In this document: piece after piece, positions 38,748 to 50,464 of the stretch
Layout: each line of letters starts with the position of its first letter
Position numbering within the stretch: the first letter of the stretch is position 1
Source of the DNA: Octopus sinensis
Taxonomy: Eukaryota
DNA length: 64,000 nucleotides
Direction: 5' to 3'
Assembly (NCBI RefSeq): GCF_006345805.1
Contig: NC_042999.1
Span: forward strand, 35,092,001 to 35,156,000
Notes under the pieces: model-generated
What the model saw: the letters and a program-made list of their open reading frames with translations, nothing else
What the model was told of the DNA's origin: nothing
Database searches by the model: none
Translations under genes and position numbers: made by a program

Positions 38748-38960
38748 CTCTCTCTCTCTCTCAATCACTTTCTCTCTCTTTTTTTCTCTATCTCTCACTT
38801 TCTTTCTCCCCTCACACACGCACAAACATACATACCTATGTATGTATGTATGTATGTATGTATGCATGCATGCATGTATGTATGTCTGTATGTATGTATG
38901 TACGTACCTATGTATGTATGTGTGTGTACGTACGTACGTATGTACGTATGTATGTAGGTA
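38680..38960. repeat. (CT)n/(CTAT)n/(TATG)n microsatellites
   Basis: Directly visible. Confidence 0.95.
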
Positions 38961-38964
38961 GGTA

Positions 38965-39250
38965 TGTCAGGTGTATCAGGTCACTTGTAAAGTCTCTGAT
39001 GAGTACTACTGGTAACAAGTACAATCTGTTGCATTGTCGGGCCGTTGGCAACTATACCAACATCCCACCCGGTTAGCCTAATAAGGAGGGTTGCTAGGAA
39101 TCCAGGACTAACATCGAAACCTATCAAAAGGATGGATGAACTCAGTGCGAGTTCAACAACTATCTAACAAGAGCACTCAGAAATTCCGGGTTGGTGTCAA
39201 ACGTAGTGGGAGATCGCTTGGAGTGAGGCACCTCACAGCTTTTGTTAAAG
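38965..39250 (+). mobile_element. Probable decayed non-LTR retrotransposon 5' leader
   Basis: Follows (TATG)n like the other RTE-type leaders; contains a CTGATGA-GTAC..GTAC relic and AAGGAGGGTTG. Confidence 0.35.
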
Positions 39251-39989
39251 CATGAGTTAGGTAATGGTCACTTTGCTATAAAACCAGTTATGCAGGGAAT
39301 GGTATTGGACATTTTATGCTTGTGCTTGATATCATGGCACTTCCACATTTCTGGCCCTGGGATTTATATTGAGACTAGATATTTTTCTTCGGTTTATCTC
39401 TGGATTGTGTCAATAGGGTGGAAAGCTTACGTGAGTGGTCGTGCAAAATTTGCACAGGAATTGCTCTGTCGGTGATGTTCATAATCGACTACGATTTAAC
39501 AGCCATGTATGATAGCTTCTACTGTCGATTTGGATATATGAAGGAACAACCTTCTCATTGAATTAACAAGTAAAGGGCTGAGTATTTCATAGGTACTTGG
39601 GCCCTTAACGAAATTCTTTTGTAGATCCGGTGTGACGCAGTGTGACGAGGCTTTACTTTGAAATTACAGATACGGTCTATTCGACGACCTTCTCGTTTCC
39701 GTTTTAGCAATTTTTTTCACAAAGCTGATTCAGCTCGATATCTCCCCCAAACTGCCACCCAGTGGTATCGAACCCGGGGCCTTTTAATTAAAAAGCGAAC
39801 TTCTTAATAATCCAACCATAACTACACCCGCACAAATACACTCACACACACACACACATTGACAAATATACGAGTGTCTATTTTTTCTGACGTATGGATT
39901 CTTAGACGATTCTCTGTACATGTATGTATGTGTGCGCGCGTGAGTTTGTATGTGTGCGTATTTACCTGCTCTATTCCCTACGCCCAATG

Positions 39990-40200
39990 ACGTATGTTTG
40001 TCTTTGTGTTTGTGTTTGCCTACCACCACCGATCGACAACCGGGCTTGGTTTGTCTATGTTCCCGGTATCTTGCGGTTCGGAAACAAAGCCACAGATAGA
40101 ATAATTACCAGGCTTAAAAATGAATAATGGGGTCTATTTGTTTGACTAAGTATTTTAAGGCAATGCCTCAATATGGCCGCCATCCAAAGGCTGAAATATG
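39990..40200 (+). mobile_element. Old SINE family A 3' half
   Basis: Diverged match to the GACAACCG..GCGGTTCGG..GATAGAATAA..ACCAGGCTTA..ATGGCCGC tail. Confidence 0.6.
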
Positions 40201-41714
40201 TAAAATCTAAAAAATACGAGCCACCTAATGTTATTCCGGAATGTGTTCGACATATTGGCATAACTTGTGGAAATCCTGTAAATCCTTTACAGGGACATGA
40301 AAACCCAGATGTTAGTGCATTTGGTACTCTGTGGAGAAACTTGTACAATTGACCTTTAATTTGTGTGAAATATTTATCTCTCTTGAAATGATATGTGAAT
40401 AGAACAAAGAAATGTTGTGTTACAAAGCAGTTAGGTATTGTGAGTTTCATTTCCTTGCATTTCACTATATTTTGTTTAGAGATCTATCGATTCAGCTATA
40501 CACCACACTCCTTGTCAGATATATATGTGAACCTACCCTTCTTTCAGGAACTGTGTTGCCTTAGTTCCAGTATGCCTACGCATATATTTAGATGTGACAG
40601 CTCTTATAGCCAACACACCATCCGGCGGAAATGTACGTGAGAGGACTTCAAGTTCTGTTCAGTCAATAACAAGAATATATTATATGTGTGTATGTGTGCG
40701 TATGGTTGTATGTGTATGCATTTGTGAGTACATTATTATGCCTCTAAGTCCTTGTCATTTTTGTGCACGCATGTTTGCTTTATGATCTTACTTTGAGCAT
40801 AAGGTAGGAGCTATATGTCACAGGAATCAACGTTTCTGGGAATCCACACTTCTAAGAACATTTTTAGTATACATGATCTTTCCTTAAATTACTAATTTAC
40901 AAGGGTCATTAACACTATTATTTGCCACCACGTACCTTAGCTACTAAGACTAGAAAAAAGTATTATTTTCGGAAGAGACTAAATGATGTTCAGTGGTTTT
41001 TACACTCAGTTCCATCCCTACTAGTATCAGTCCTCCTCTTCTTTACTTTCAACAACAGAACATCCTTTTAGCTGATTCTGAACATATTTTCTTTAAATAC
41101 GCAATCTCGCTCGTGCACACGTAGCCATACAAAAATATACACTTTTTCAAGAGATATCAATTAAAATGACAGTCAGTATGAATCAAGGATCAAAGTAACA
41201 TTCAGTTTGAGACACAGGTCGCTATAACCTTAAGATCAAAACAATATGAAAACTAAAGCTACGCAAAGCAACTCTATAATCAATGAAACTCCAAGGTGTA
41301 TACAGCGCAATAGCAATAACGATATTAATAAGCAGCAAATCATACAGTTTAATTATAAAGTTTATGCATCAATTCAAATCACTAGTCTATACGTAACTTG
41401 AAAAGGCATTCTCCTTCAGCTTGCTGGAAACTACCAGCTGAGAATTTATAGGATTTTCGCTTCCTTCTCCACAGGGAAAGATCAGTATCCATAGAGTGTA
41501 TAATTCTTGTAGCGGACGTATGAAAATAGGATGAATACGGTGTATGTGTGATGCGGTGGTAATGGGTGATTATCAATTGTGTGCTTAAGAATAGTCGTTT
41601 GTGTTTCAATTCGGTGATATCATGAGGTATACTAATTATATCTTATAATACAAGGGTGAAGTACAAGGTTATTATTATTATCATCATCATCACATCATCA
41701 TCATCTTCATCATC

Positions 41715-43070
41715 ATACTTTTTTGTTGGAACCCCTGGAGTTTTGCATGCGTAATCGGCTTACTGCCTACAGCTTACATTCTATCTGTTCTTTTCAAATG
41801 TCTTATACTTTCCTGGTTATTCTAGCTGTGCCAAGAAGGTAACCTTTTGTAACAGCTCTGCTGGTTATTCTATTCCGATTTCCTTTATATTCCTCCTGAT
41901 GCCTTCTGATACTGTCCACAAGGACCCAACAATAATTGGCACTGTCTTCACCTTCATGGTCTATTTCGAACTTAAGAGGGTGAATATATTTATTTTTTCG
42001 CCTTCCTTTTAATTATTTGTGGGTCAAAGGAGCACGCAGCATTCAACTATATAGTACATGTGGTGCACCTTGTCCACCACCGGTTTGTTATGCTGGAGCA
42101 CCTGACCTGTTTGAATTAGGAAACCCCATAGGATCTTGCAGGTCTCCGGCTTCACCTCTCCTTGAGGTTTTTGCTCATACCACATTTTGCCTCTCTCTAG
42201 ACCCTACTTTTCGCAGAGTTTCCAATGAAGCGCTTTCGCAACCTTATCGTGTCGTCACAACTTGTACTGATTGGGGCAAGTCTAGGGCATTCGTTCACAA
42301 TATGGGCAATGGTTTTGTCCATTCTATAACAAATGAGGCACAGTGAAAACACTTACTCATTCCTAAGATTGACCCTCCAATTTGTGACCAAAGATTGGCC
42401 TTGCGCTGCCAGTATGGTGCTCTCAATCTTTTTTTTTCTTTTTTAGTGCTCCTTTCTTCAGTTAGTCCCACCTATTTTCCAGCAACTTCAGTTGTGGCTA
42501 CATTGGATTGATTGTGTAACCCCTTGTTACGTAATGCTTCTTCATGTCCTTTTTGTATTTCCTGCTTTGTTTTTCCCTTTTCGTCTGTTTTTAATACTCC
42601 CTCATGCCTAAATGACACTAGCAAGATTTCCTTACTTTGGGATAGGTATCTCAGTAAACTCCCTAGTTCGATTCGTACGCAGTCTTCCACACATATCAGT
42701 CCCCTTCTTCCATTTGTTCTTTTCATGTATAGGCGATCAGTGTCTGCTCGTGGACGATGGGCTCTATGCATCGTTAAGAGCTTTCTTGTCTTCCTGTTCA
42801 AATCCTTTAGCTCTTCCTCTGTCCACTTCAGAATTCCAGCGCCATACCGAACTACTGTGACTGCGCACAAGTTCATTACCAAACTTATGTTTCTGACATT
42901 CAGCTTTAATATTTAATATTTTTCTCACTCGCTGCAAGTCCGCTTTCTTTGTCCTTTCTTTCATATCATAGTGTTTAATTCCATCTGCCTCACGTTTTCC
43001 CAGGTATTTATATCCGGATTCATGTTCAATTGCCTTCATCTTTTCACCACTAGGTATGTATGTCAGGTAT
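41715..43070 (-). mobile_element. R4/Dong-like LINE (thumb, zinc finger, REL), decayed
   Basis: YKYLG, VVRYGAGILKWTEEELKDLNRKTRKLLTMHRAHRPRADTDRLY, ILWGFLIQT, TVPIIVG..LQK; ends next to (TTA)/(TCA)n. Confidence 0.8.
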
Positions 43071-43179
43071 ATCAGGAAAGCTTGGGGAGGAGATGTGGCG
43101 GGGGCAGCAGCGAAATATCTTCATGTAACACAATACATACATTTAAATTGATAAGGTTTTTCTAAGGATGTGGGCAGTA

Positions 43180-43790
43180 CTTGTCAGCACAATTTCTCTG
43201 AGACATGGTTCTCCTTGGATATTATCTAGATATTATCTGAAGCACACACAATAACAGAAACAGTTCTCACTTTAAGATGCCACATCTTTTGTATTTCAGT
43301 CTCCAGGCCCTTATATTTACTTAATTAGTCAAATTCTTTTACAGATATATTTTTACCAGTAGGGACACTTACAGCTATTAGTCTACAAGTATTTCCTACT
43401 CAGTCTTTAATAACTATGTCTGGTCGATTAGCCTGAATCGTTCTGTCACTGTTGACTGGTAAATCCCAGAGGATAGTAACATTTTTACCTTCAACGACTC
43501 GCTCAGGGTGATACTCATACCAGTAAGAAGGTGTGATGATTTTGTACTGTTTACATATTTTCCAATGTAAATATTATCCTACCCTATCGCGGCGATTTTT
43601 GCATTCTTCTAGTGTCAGCATAGAACGTAACGATGCGTGATGGTATATTGTTTCATCAAATTCATCACAGAATCAGCATTTAGGGTCAGAAACGTTTGGA
43701 AGAACGTTAGCCTAGTAGTTTTTGGTAAACAAGCTTTGATCTTGCACCGCCAATATCAAACCCTCAGTCTCTGCTTTCAGTCCTGAGCCT
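43180..43790 (-). mobile_element. R4/Dong-like LINE C-terminal fragment (different subfamily)
   Basis: GLKAETEGLILAVQDQSL, YLHWKICKQY, WYEYHPERVVEGKNVTILWD, RTIQANRPDIVI, KYKGLETEIQKMW. Confidence 0.8.
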
Positions 43791-43805
43791 TTTATTATTA
43801 TTATT

Positions 43806-43852
<47 letters not shown>

Positions 43853-43899
43853 TATCATCATCATTGCCTTAGCACAGCTTCTAACGCTGGAGATGTATT

Positions 43900-45560
43900 A
43901 CGGTGTCAGATGTTCACTATCTCATGGTCGCACTGAATCATAAAATCCCATAGGATCTTTGCATTTTTATTCTCGACGATGCCTTCAGGTTTGTAGTAGT
44001 ACCAATTTTTTGCTCTGTCAAGTCCATACTTGTTGCAAAGTCTTCAATGGGCATGCCTACCTATATTGTCGTGGCGTCTCTTATATTCCTTTTGGGCTAG
44101 TGGCGTACAGTGGCTGGTAATATGCCATATAGTTTCACCATTTTGTCCACAGATTCTGCACTTATCACTTTCTGCTATGTTGTCTATTCTGTATTTTATG
44201 TAGTTTGTTCTTAGTGCTTGCTCTTGGGCAGCACAAATTAGAGCGTCCGTTTCCAGTTTTAAATCACTTTTAGGCATCCACAACCAACTTTTTGTCTGTC
44301 TGTCTTATCTTCAACATCCCTATGAAGTTGACCATGCATTATTTTCTTTATCCGCCTATTTTCAGTTTCATTCGTTATTCATTTCTTGTATAGTGCTTTA
44401 TCTTTGCAATCTTTCATGCTATACAAGCCTGGCCTTCTTACTGTTAATAATAGCGGTCCTGTAGCATTTTGTTTTCATACCATGCTATGTTGTTTTCTTC
44501 TGCTCTAATACTGTGTTCGCATCCAATTAGTCCTCTTCCCCTCTTTTTCTTGGTACATACAGTTTGTCTGTGTGACTTTTTGGGCGGAGTGACCCATATT
44601 TAGTCAGTAACTTTCTTGTCTTTCTGTCTAAGCTGTTTACTTCGCCTACTGTCCATGCGATTACCCCTGCTCTGTATCTAAGGAGTGAAACCGCCCAGGT
44701 GTTGATAGCTTCAATCTTAACTTCGACTTAAGGATCGGTCTCAGTCTGCGGAAGTACTCCACCTTAAATTTTTCTGTCATTTCTTTCTCCATCAATTTAT
44801 CCATTTCCAATATCCCCAAGTATTTATAGCCCGTCTCTTCTATCTGCATCATAACTTCCCCTGACGGTATCGTTAACCCGTCCATACATTTGATTTTGCC
44901 TCTCTTCAAAACTAACACACCACACTTTTTCAGTCCGAACTCCATTCTGATATCAGCACTGAAGCTATACACCGTATCAACGAGGGAACTGACTTAGGAT
45001 TCATCTTTATCATAAAGTTTGAGGTCATCCGTGAATAACAAATGGTTGACTTTTTGTTGGCGGCTTTTGAATACATATCAAGCTTTTGCTTTCCTCACAA
45101 TCAGTGTTAGTGGTATGAAGCACAGTATAAAGATCAGTGGGGACAAGCAGTTCCCTTGGAAGGTGCACCTCCTAATTTCTACTGTCCCTAAACTTCTTCC
45201 ATGTGCTGTCAGGTCCGTCCTCTACTTCGCAATACTCTTTCCAAGCAATCACTCAACATTCGATGCAATACCAAATAGGTTCATACACTCCATAATCCAA
45301 GAATGTGGGATCATATCGTACGCCTTACGATAATCGATCCATGACATGGCTAAGTTAGTTTTCCTCCTCTTGCAGTCTCTAAAGTACAGTTTTGTCTATC
45401 AGGAGTTGATCCTTGGTACCTCTACATTTACGCTTGCAATCCTTCTGCTCATGTGACAGGACTCCATTTTTTCCAGATGTTCGTATATTGATTCTGCGAG
45501 AATTCCAGTCAGTAACTTCCACATAAGTGGCAAACAGGATATCGGACTATAATTGTTGGC
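43900..45560 (-). mobile_element. R4/Dong-like LINE (RT through zinc finger), decayed
   Basis: [85 protein letters not shown]; flanked by (TTA)n and (TCA)n. Confidence 0.85.
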
Positions 45561-45561
45561 C

Positions 45562-45609
<48 letters not shown>

Positions 45610-45610
<1 letters not shown>

Positions 45611-45960
45611 GAGTGAGAGAGCAGTGCATGCCATCAAAGTGACACTAGGGTAAGATATATTCGAAGCCCAGTATACCCATCATGACCATCCGTCTCATAA
45701 GGGTACAACAGGCACATGCATCACAACCAAATGTGCGCGACATGGTGATCTCATATCAAGATAAACAGCGCATGACCTTGCAGGTGGGGTTCAGTTAGAA
45801 TTTTTTTATGGTCGAGTAGCCCATCCCACTCAAAAGGTCCCTGAATAGGGGTTGTTTAAGGATGTTGAACGAAACACTCATGTTTTCAGAGGTGAATCAT
45901 TCAAACCCCAAAGAATCCCTCTCAACACACGGCTATGATGCTCCCCCACTACTTCTGCTT
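45610..45960 (-). mobile_element. Dispersed non-coding repeat with (AAT)n tail, embedded in (TTA)n
   Basis: Homologous in the same orientation to 57010-57350. Confidence 0.75.
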
Positions 45961-45964
45961 ATTA

Positions 45965-46010
45965 TTACTACTACTTATTATTACTACTACTACTATTATT
46001 ATTATTATTA

Positions 46011-46071
<61 letters not shown>

Positions 46072-46088
46072 CATCATCATCATTATTA

Positions 46089-46140
<52 letters not shown>

Positions 46141-46150
46141 CATTATTATT
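45965..46150. repeat. (TTA)n/(TCA)n microsatellite
   Basis: Directly visible. Confidence 0.95.
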
Positions 46151-48371
46151 TTTCTGGTTTCGGCGTGAACGAACCTGTCAAGGAAATTGGATTATTTCGC
46201 AAACATTTAGATCGTCAGGACGTCTACTTCTATGCGTGAGTTAGACGGGAGATCTGTTATCAAACACAGCTTTAAATTTTTCCTGAAATTTTATTGTGTT
46301 TACAATATTTTCAACATGGCTTTCTCCATAAATGCTGCAGTAAAAGTTAAAAGAACCAAAAGATGTAGCACTAAACACACAATATTGAAATGAAACTGTC
46401 ATTTAATCTTCGAATGCATGAAAATGAATTTTTTTTTTAAATACAGAATTTTTACAAAATTTTTACAGAATTTTTAGAAAAAACCTAAACAAGAAAAATG
46501 ATAATAAAATAAAACGTTACACTCGCATGGCAGTCGCAATTTGATATTTGTAAACGCAAATTTGCATAACAAACAAGCAAACGAATCAACAAAAAAAACA
46601 ACATACACACACACACATTTGTCAAAGAAAATGAAAGAGCAACATTTATAAATGGTTCCAGTTCAGAAACAGGGAAGGCACTTCCAGTTTTCCTTCTTCC
46701 ATTGGTGCCACTTCAGACAGATAGGTCTAGATATAGAGTATCTGGAGGAAAAATGCATATTTTTTAGAATAGATGCGTGACAAAGACAAGTGTATCTCTA
46801 CCCTTGTCCTTTATCGAGCAGCGAGAAAAAATTCTGTAATTCGAAAGACACAAATTATGTTCTCCTGCAACCGGGTAAAAAAATTGTATAGTCATATGAG
46901 GAATTTTCGAAATGGGGACGCGGCAAGCCGGAAAAAACAAGCGGACCTAGTACGGTACAGGTCAGTTCAGAAACTTGTACCTCAATAAACGTTGCGATGA
47001 CCTACTACAGTAAAGGAGTTTGGTGACGACACTGACTGTTGTCTCCTGATCCATTACTGGGGAGTGTTAAGTAAAAGGGACGCGTCGATTAGTGAAAATA
47101 TACAGAGGGTCCTTAATGCAGTTTATTTGCGGACACGAACACACATATACACACATACGCGCGCCTATGTATGTATGTGTGTGTGCGTAGTGGTGGGGGA
47201 GATAAATAATCAATTTTGGCCATTTTCTTTTTTATGAACATAAAAGAAAAATATATTTTTATACGTTTTCTCTGAATTTTATCAAAAAGCAAGGGAACAA
47301 GATTTTTATTTCGGTTTGAGTGTCTGTGTTTGACTGTGTCTGGGTGTGTTATTTATGTGACACCGAAGTTTTATCACTCGCTTACTCTGAGTATAGTTTG
47401 CTGATTTGTTGACTATCTTTGAAAATAATGTAGCAGACTATGAATTTATGCTATAAAAATTTAAGTATACAAGCGAATTTCCTCTTATTTGGTGAAAATT
47501 ATAACACAAAAATCTATAAGTTCAGACTATAAATATAAAGTAAAAATAATTCGTTATTGCGCACAAAAGAAATTAATGTTGTTTGAATACTGAAAAGATA
47601 TGAGTTTTTACATACAATGACGAATTTTCAGAAAGCATAGACAGAAAAGAAAATATATTTTTAATGATTAATAGTTGAAAAGTAGCAATAATTAAAATTT
47701 AATAAGGATAATTAGATTTAACAATGCAATTAAAGTATAAATGATTTTCCATTTTTTTTTTAATTTGTGCAATTGAAACAGATAGAATGCTAGCAGATAA
47801 ATATACTTCCGTGTTAAAATTTGTTCAAGAAATGCTGAAAATTACTTATGAATTGAGAGCAAACCCTACTGATATTAATCGCATTTTTCATCCACCTACC
47901 ATAGACATGCTAATTTAGTTTTATATGAAAGTTAATTCATCGGTTCGACTTTTATAGGATTTACTGGTATAGGAAAAACAATCAATGTCATAATAGTAAT
48001 GGTGAGAGGTAATATTTATCCCTACTCAAACGCAGATGTTGTGTTAGAACAAGCTATACTGCAGTAGTTGCCATGAGAGAAAATCTCATATTGGCTTTTG
48101 GTGCAAAATACACTCTTAGTTACTATAATGTTATAATAATGTTATGGCAATGGAATGACAAACATTCTCTCGTCGATTTATTCTCTTATTAAATACGACT
48201 GCACGAAGCTGTATATAAACAGAATATTCAATGCAATTTCAGCTGAGAAAATATAGAATTTGAAGACACACACAGGTACACACATAAACAGAGATAGAGA
48301 AGGGGGATTATACAAGATAGATATTTCGAATCAAGTTGAATTATGAAAGGAAAGATGGATAATTATTCAAC

Positions 48372-48870
48372 AGGTGCAGGAGTGGCTGTGTGGTGAGAAG
48401 CTTACTTCCCAACCAAATGGTTCTGGGTTCAGTTTCACAGCGTGGCAGCTTGGGTTGGTGTCTTCTCCAATAGTCTCAGGCCGACCAAAGCCTTGTGAGT
48501 GATTTTAGTTGGTGAAAACTGAAAGAAGCCCGCCGTGTATGTATGTATTTATGTATGTATGTATGTATGTATGTATGTATGTATGTATGTGTGTGTGTAT
48601 GTATGTGTGTATGTATGTATGTGTGTATGTATGTATGTATGTATGTGTGTATGTATGTATGTATGTGTGTTTTTGTGTTTGTGCTTGTTCCACCACCATT
48701 ATTCCTTGACAACCGATGTTGGTGTGTTTACGCCCTCATAATCTAGCAGTTCGGCGTATGAGCTCAATAGAATAAGAACCAGGCTTACAAAGAATAAGTC
48801 TTGAAGTCGATTTCTTTGATTAAAAGGCGGTGCTCCAGCAAAGCCTCAGTCAAATGACTAGCAAGTAAAA
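48372..48870 (+). mobile_element. tRNA-derived SINE (family A) with expanded internal (TATG)n
   Basis: Same head and tail as 15487. Confidence 0.88.
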
Positions 48871-49799
48871 CAATTTCTTTTGCGCCAGTAATTTCTTATT
48901 GTAAAATATGCATCGTAATCCAGTCACCTTAGTATTTCCTTGTGTATAAGATGTGAATGTTTCCTTTAAAAAAATCTGCTATATTCCCTAAACTAGCTCT
49001 TCAATGTGATAAATCAATTTTGGCTATTTCCTTTCACCTGAACATAAAAGAAAAGAATATTGAAGTTATTTTTATACATTTTCTCTCATTTTTTGCCAAA
49101 AAGCAAAAAAAGAAGATAAGGCAAGACGAAAAGTCTTGCATTTCTTGATTTTCATCAGAGTTTTTTAAAGACTAAATAAATAAAAAAAAATTTAATAACA
49201 TTTTGAAAGAAATTAATACTATAAAATACTTCGTTCAAAATCAATAGGTGACTTGTAAGCAAGATCGATAGTAATTGAATTTCGTTATCAACCGAAACAA
49301 GTAAGCAATTAATCGAAATAACTAATCAATCCTCCTTTCGATAATTACAGCAGTATTCTCGTCGGTTATTTGGAGAAGTGTCAAGCAGGTCTTACATCTC
49401 TACAATACTTAAAGGAAATGCATCTATATCAGTTACCTAGATCTTTTAGGTTTATGCTAAATAGGATTCAACAAGAATTTCAATTTTACGAATAAAAATA
49501 AGGAGAATTTTTCTGCCTGGAGATGTTCTGTTAAGTTATATGTAGAATTTATTTTGACGTCTAGCGTATTTAAATTCACGGGTGTTATCGAAGCCTGTCA
49601 TAGACATTTTCATTGCAACTCTAGTTAAAATGTTTTCTTTGAGTTGTGTAAACGATATTTCAAAATTACTTCAGTTCTTACAAACAACCCAAACCCACGC
49701 CCTTTGTTGTCTGGATTAAGATTTCATAGCGACAGAAAATAATCATTATAATTTAAAACCATGCAAGTTCAGTAACTTACTTTTTTAATTTACACAGAA

Positions 49800-50170
49800 C
49801 GGCGCAGGCGTAGCTGTATGGTAAGAAGCTGTGTGGTAAGAAGGCGGCGAGCTGGCAGAAAGGTTAGCGCGCCGGGCGAAATGCTTAGCGTTATTTCGTC
49901 TGCCGTTACGTTCTGAGTTCAAATTCCGCCGAGGTTGACTTTGCCTTTCATCCTTTCGGAGTCGATAAATTAAATAACAGTTACGCACTGGGGTCGATGT
50001 AATCGACTTAATCCCTTTGTCTGTCCTTGTTTGTCCCTTGTCCTATGTTTAGCCCCTTGTGGGCAATAAAGAAATAAGAAACATGGTTCCGGGGTCAGTC
50101 CCACTACGTGACAGCTAGGGCAAGTGTCTTCTGCTATAACCTCGAACCGACCAAAGCCTTGTGAGTGGAT
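49800..50170 (+). mobile_element. SINE family B (49843-50075) nested inside SINE family A
   Basis: The family A head stops at GGTAAGAA, a complete family B copy follows, then family A resumes at ACATGGTTCCGGGG. Confidence 0.8.
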
Positions 50171-50464
50171 TGGAGTGATGAGACAGTAAGAAGTAAAAGA
50201 TATCTCTGTTTTGTCTAATATTATGAAACAAGCAAAAAGTGGAATGAAAATTTGGTGATAACATCCACATTTTATAGTTTTATAGGTTTAACTATTGCAG
50301 ATTTGATATGAATCGAAGATTCGAAAATGCAAAAACAAAAATGATTTCAGTTGTTATGTACTAATTATGTATTTCAGTGGAGCAGACGACCTACAATAAA
50401 CGAAAACCTGTCATAACAAAGATATGAACGTTTCTATATTTGAAAGTAAAGTATAATCACTACT

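Noticed and set aside
39047-39094. Twister-like motif (GCAAC..TCCCACCCGG..GGAGGGTTGC)
   Set aside because: P1 and GAGGG are present, but the P4 5' strand and the AAGC pseudoknot segment are missing.
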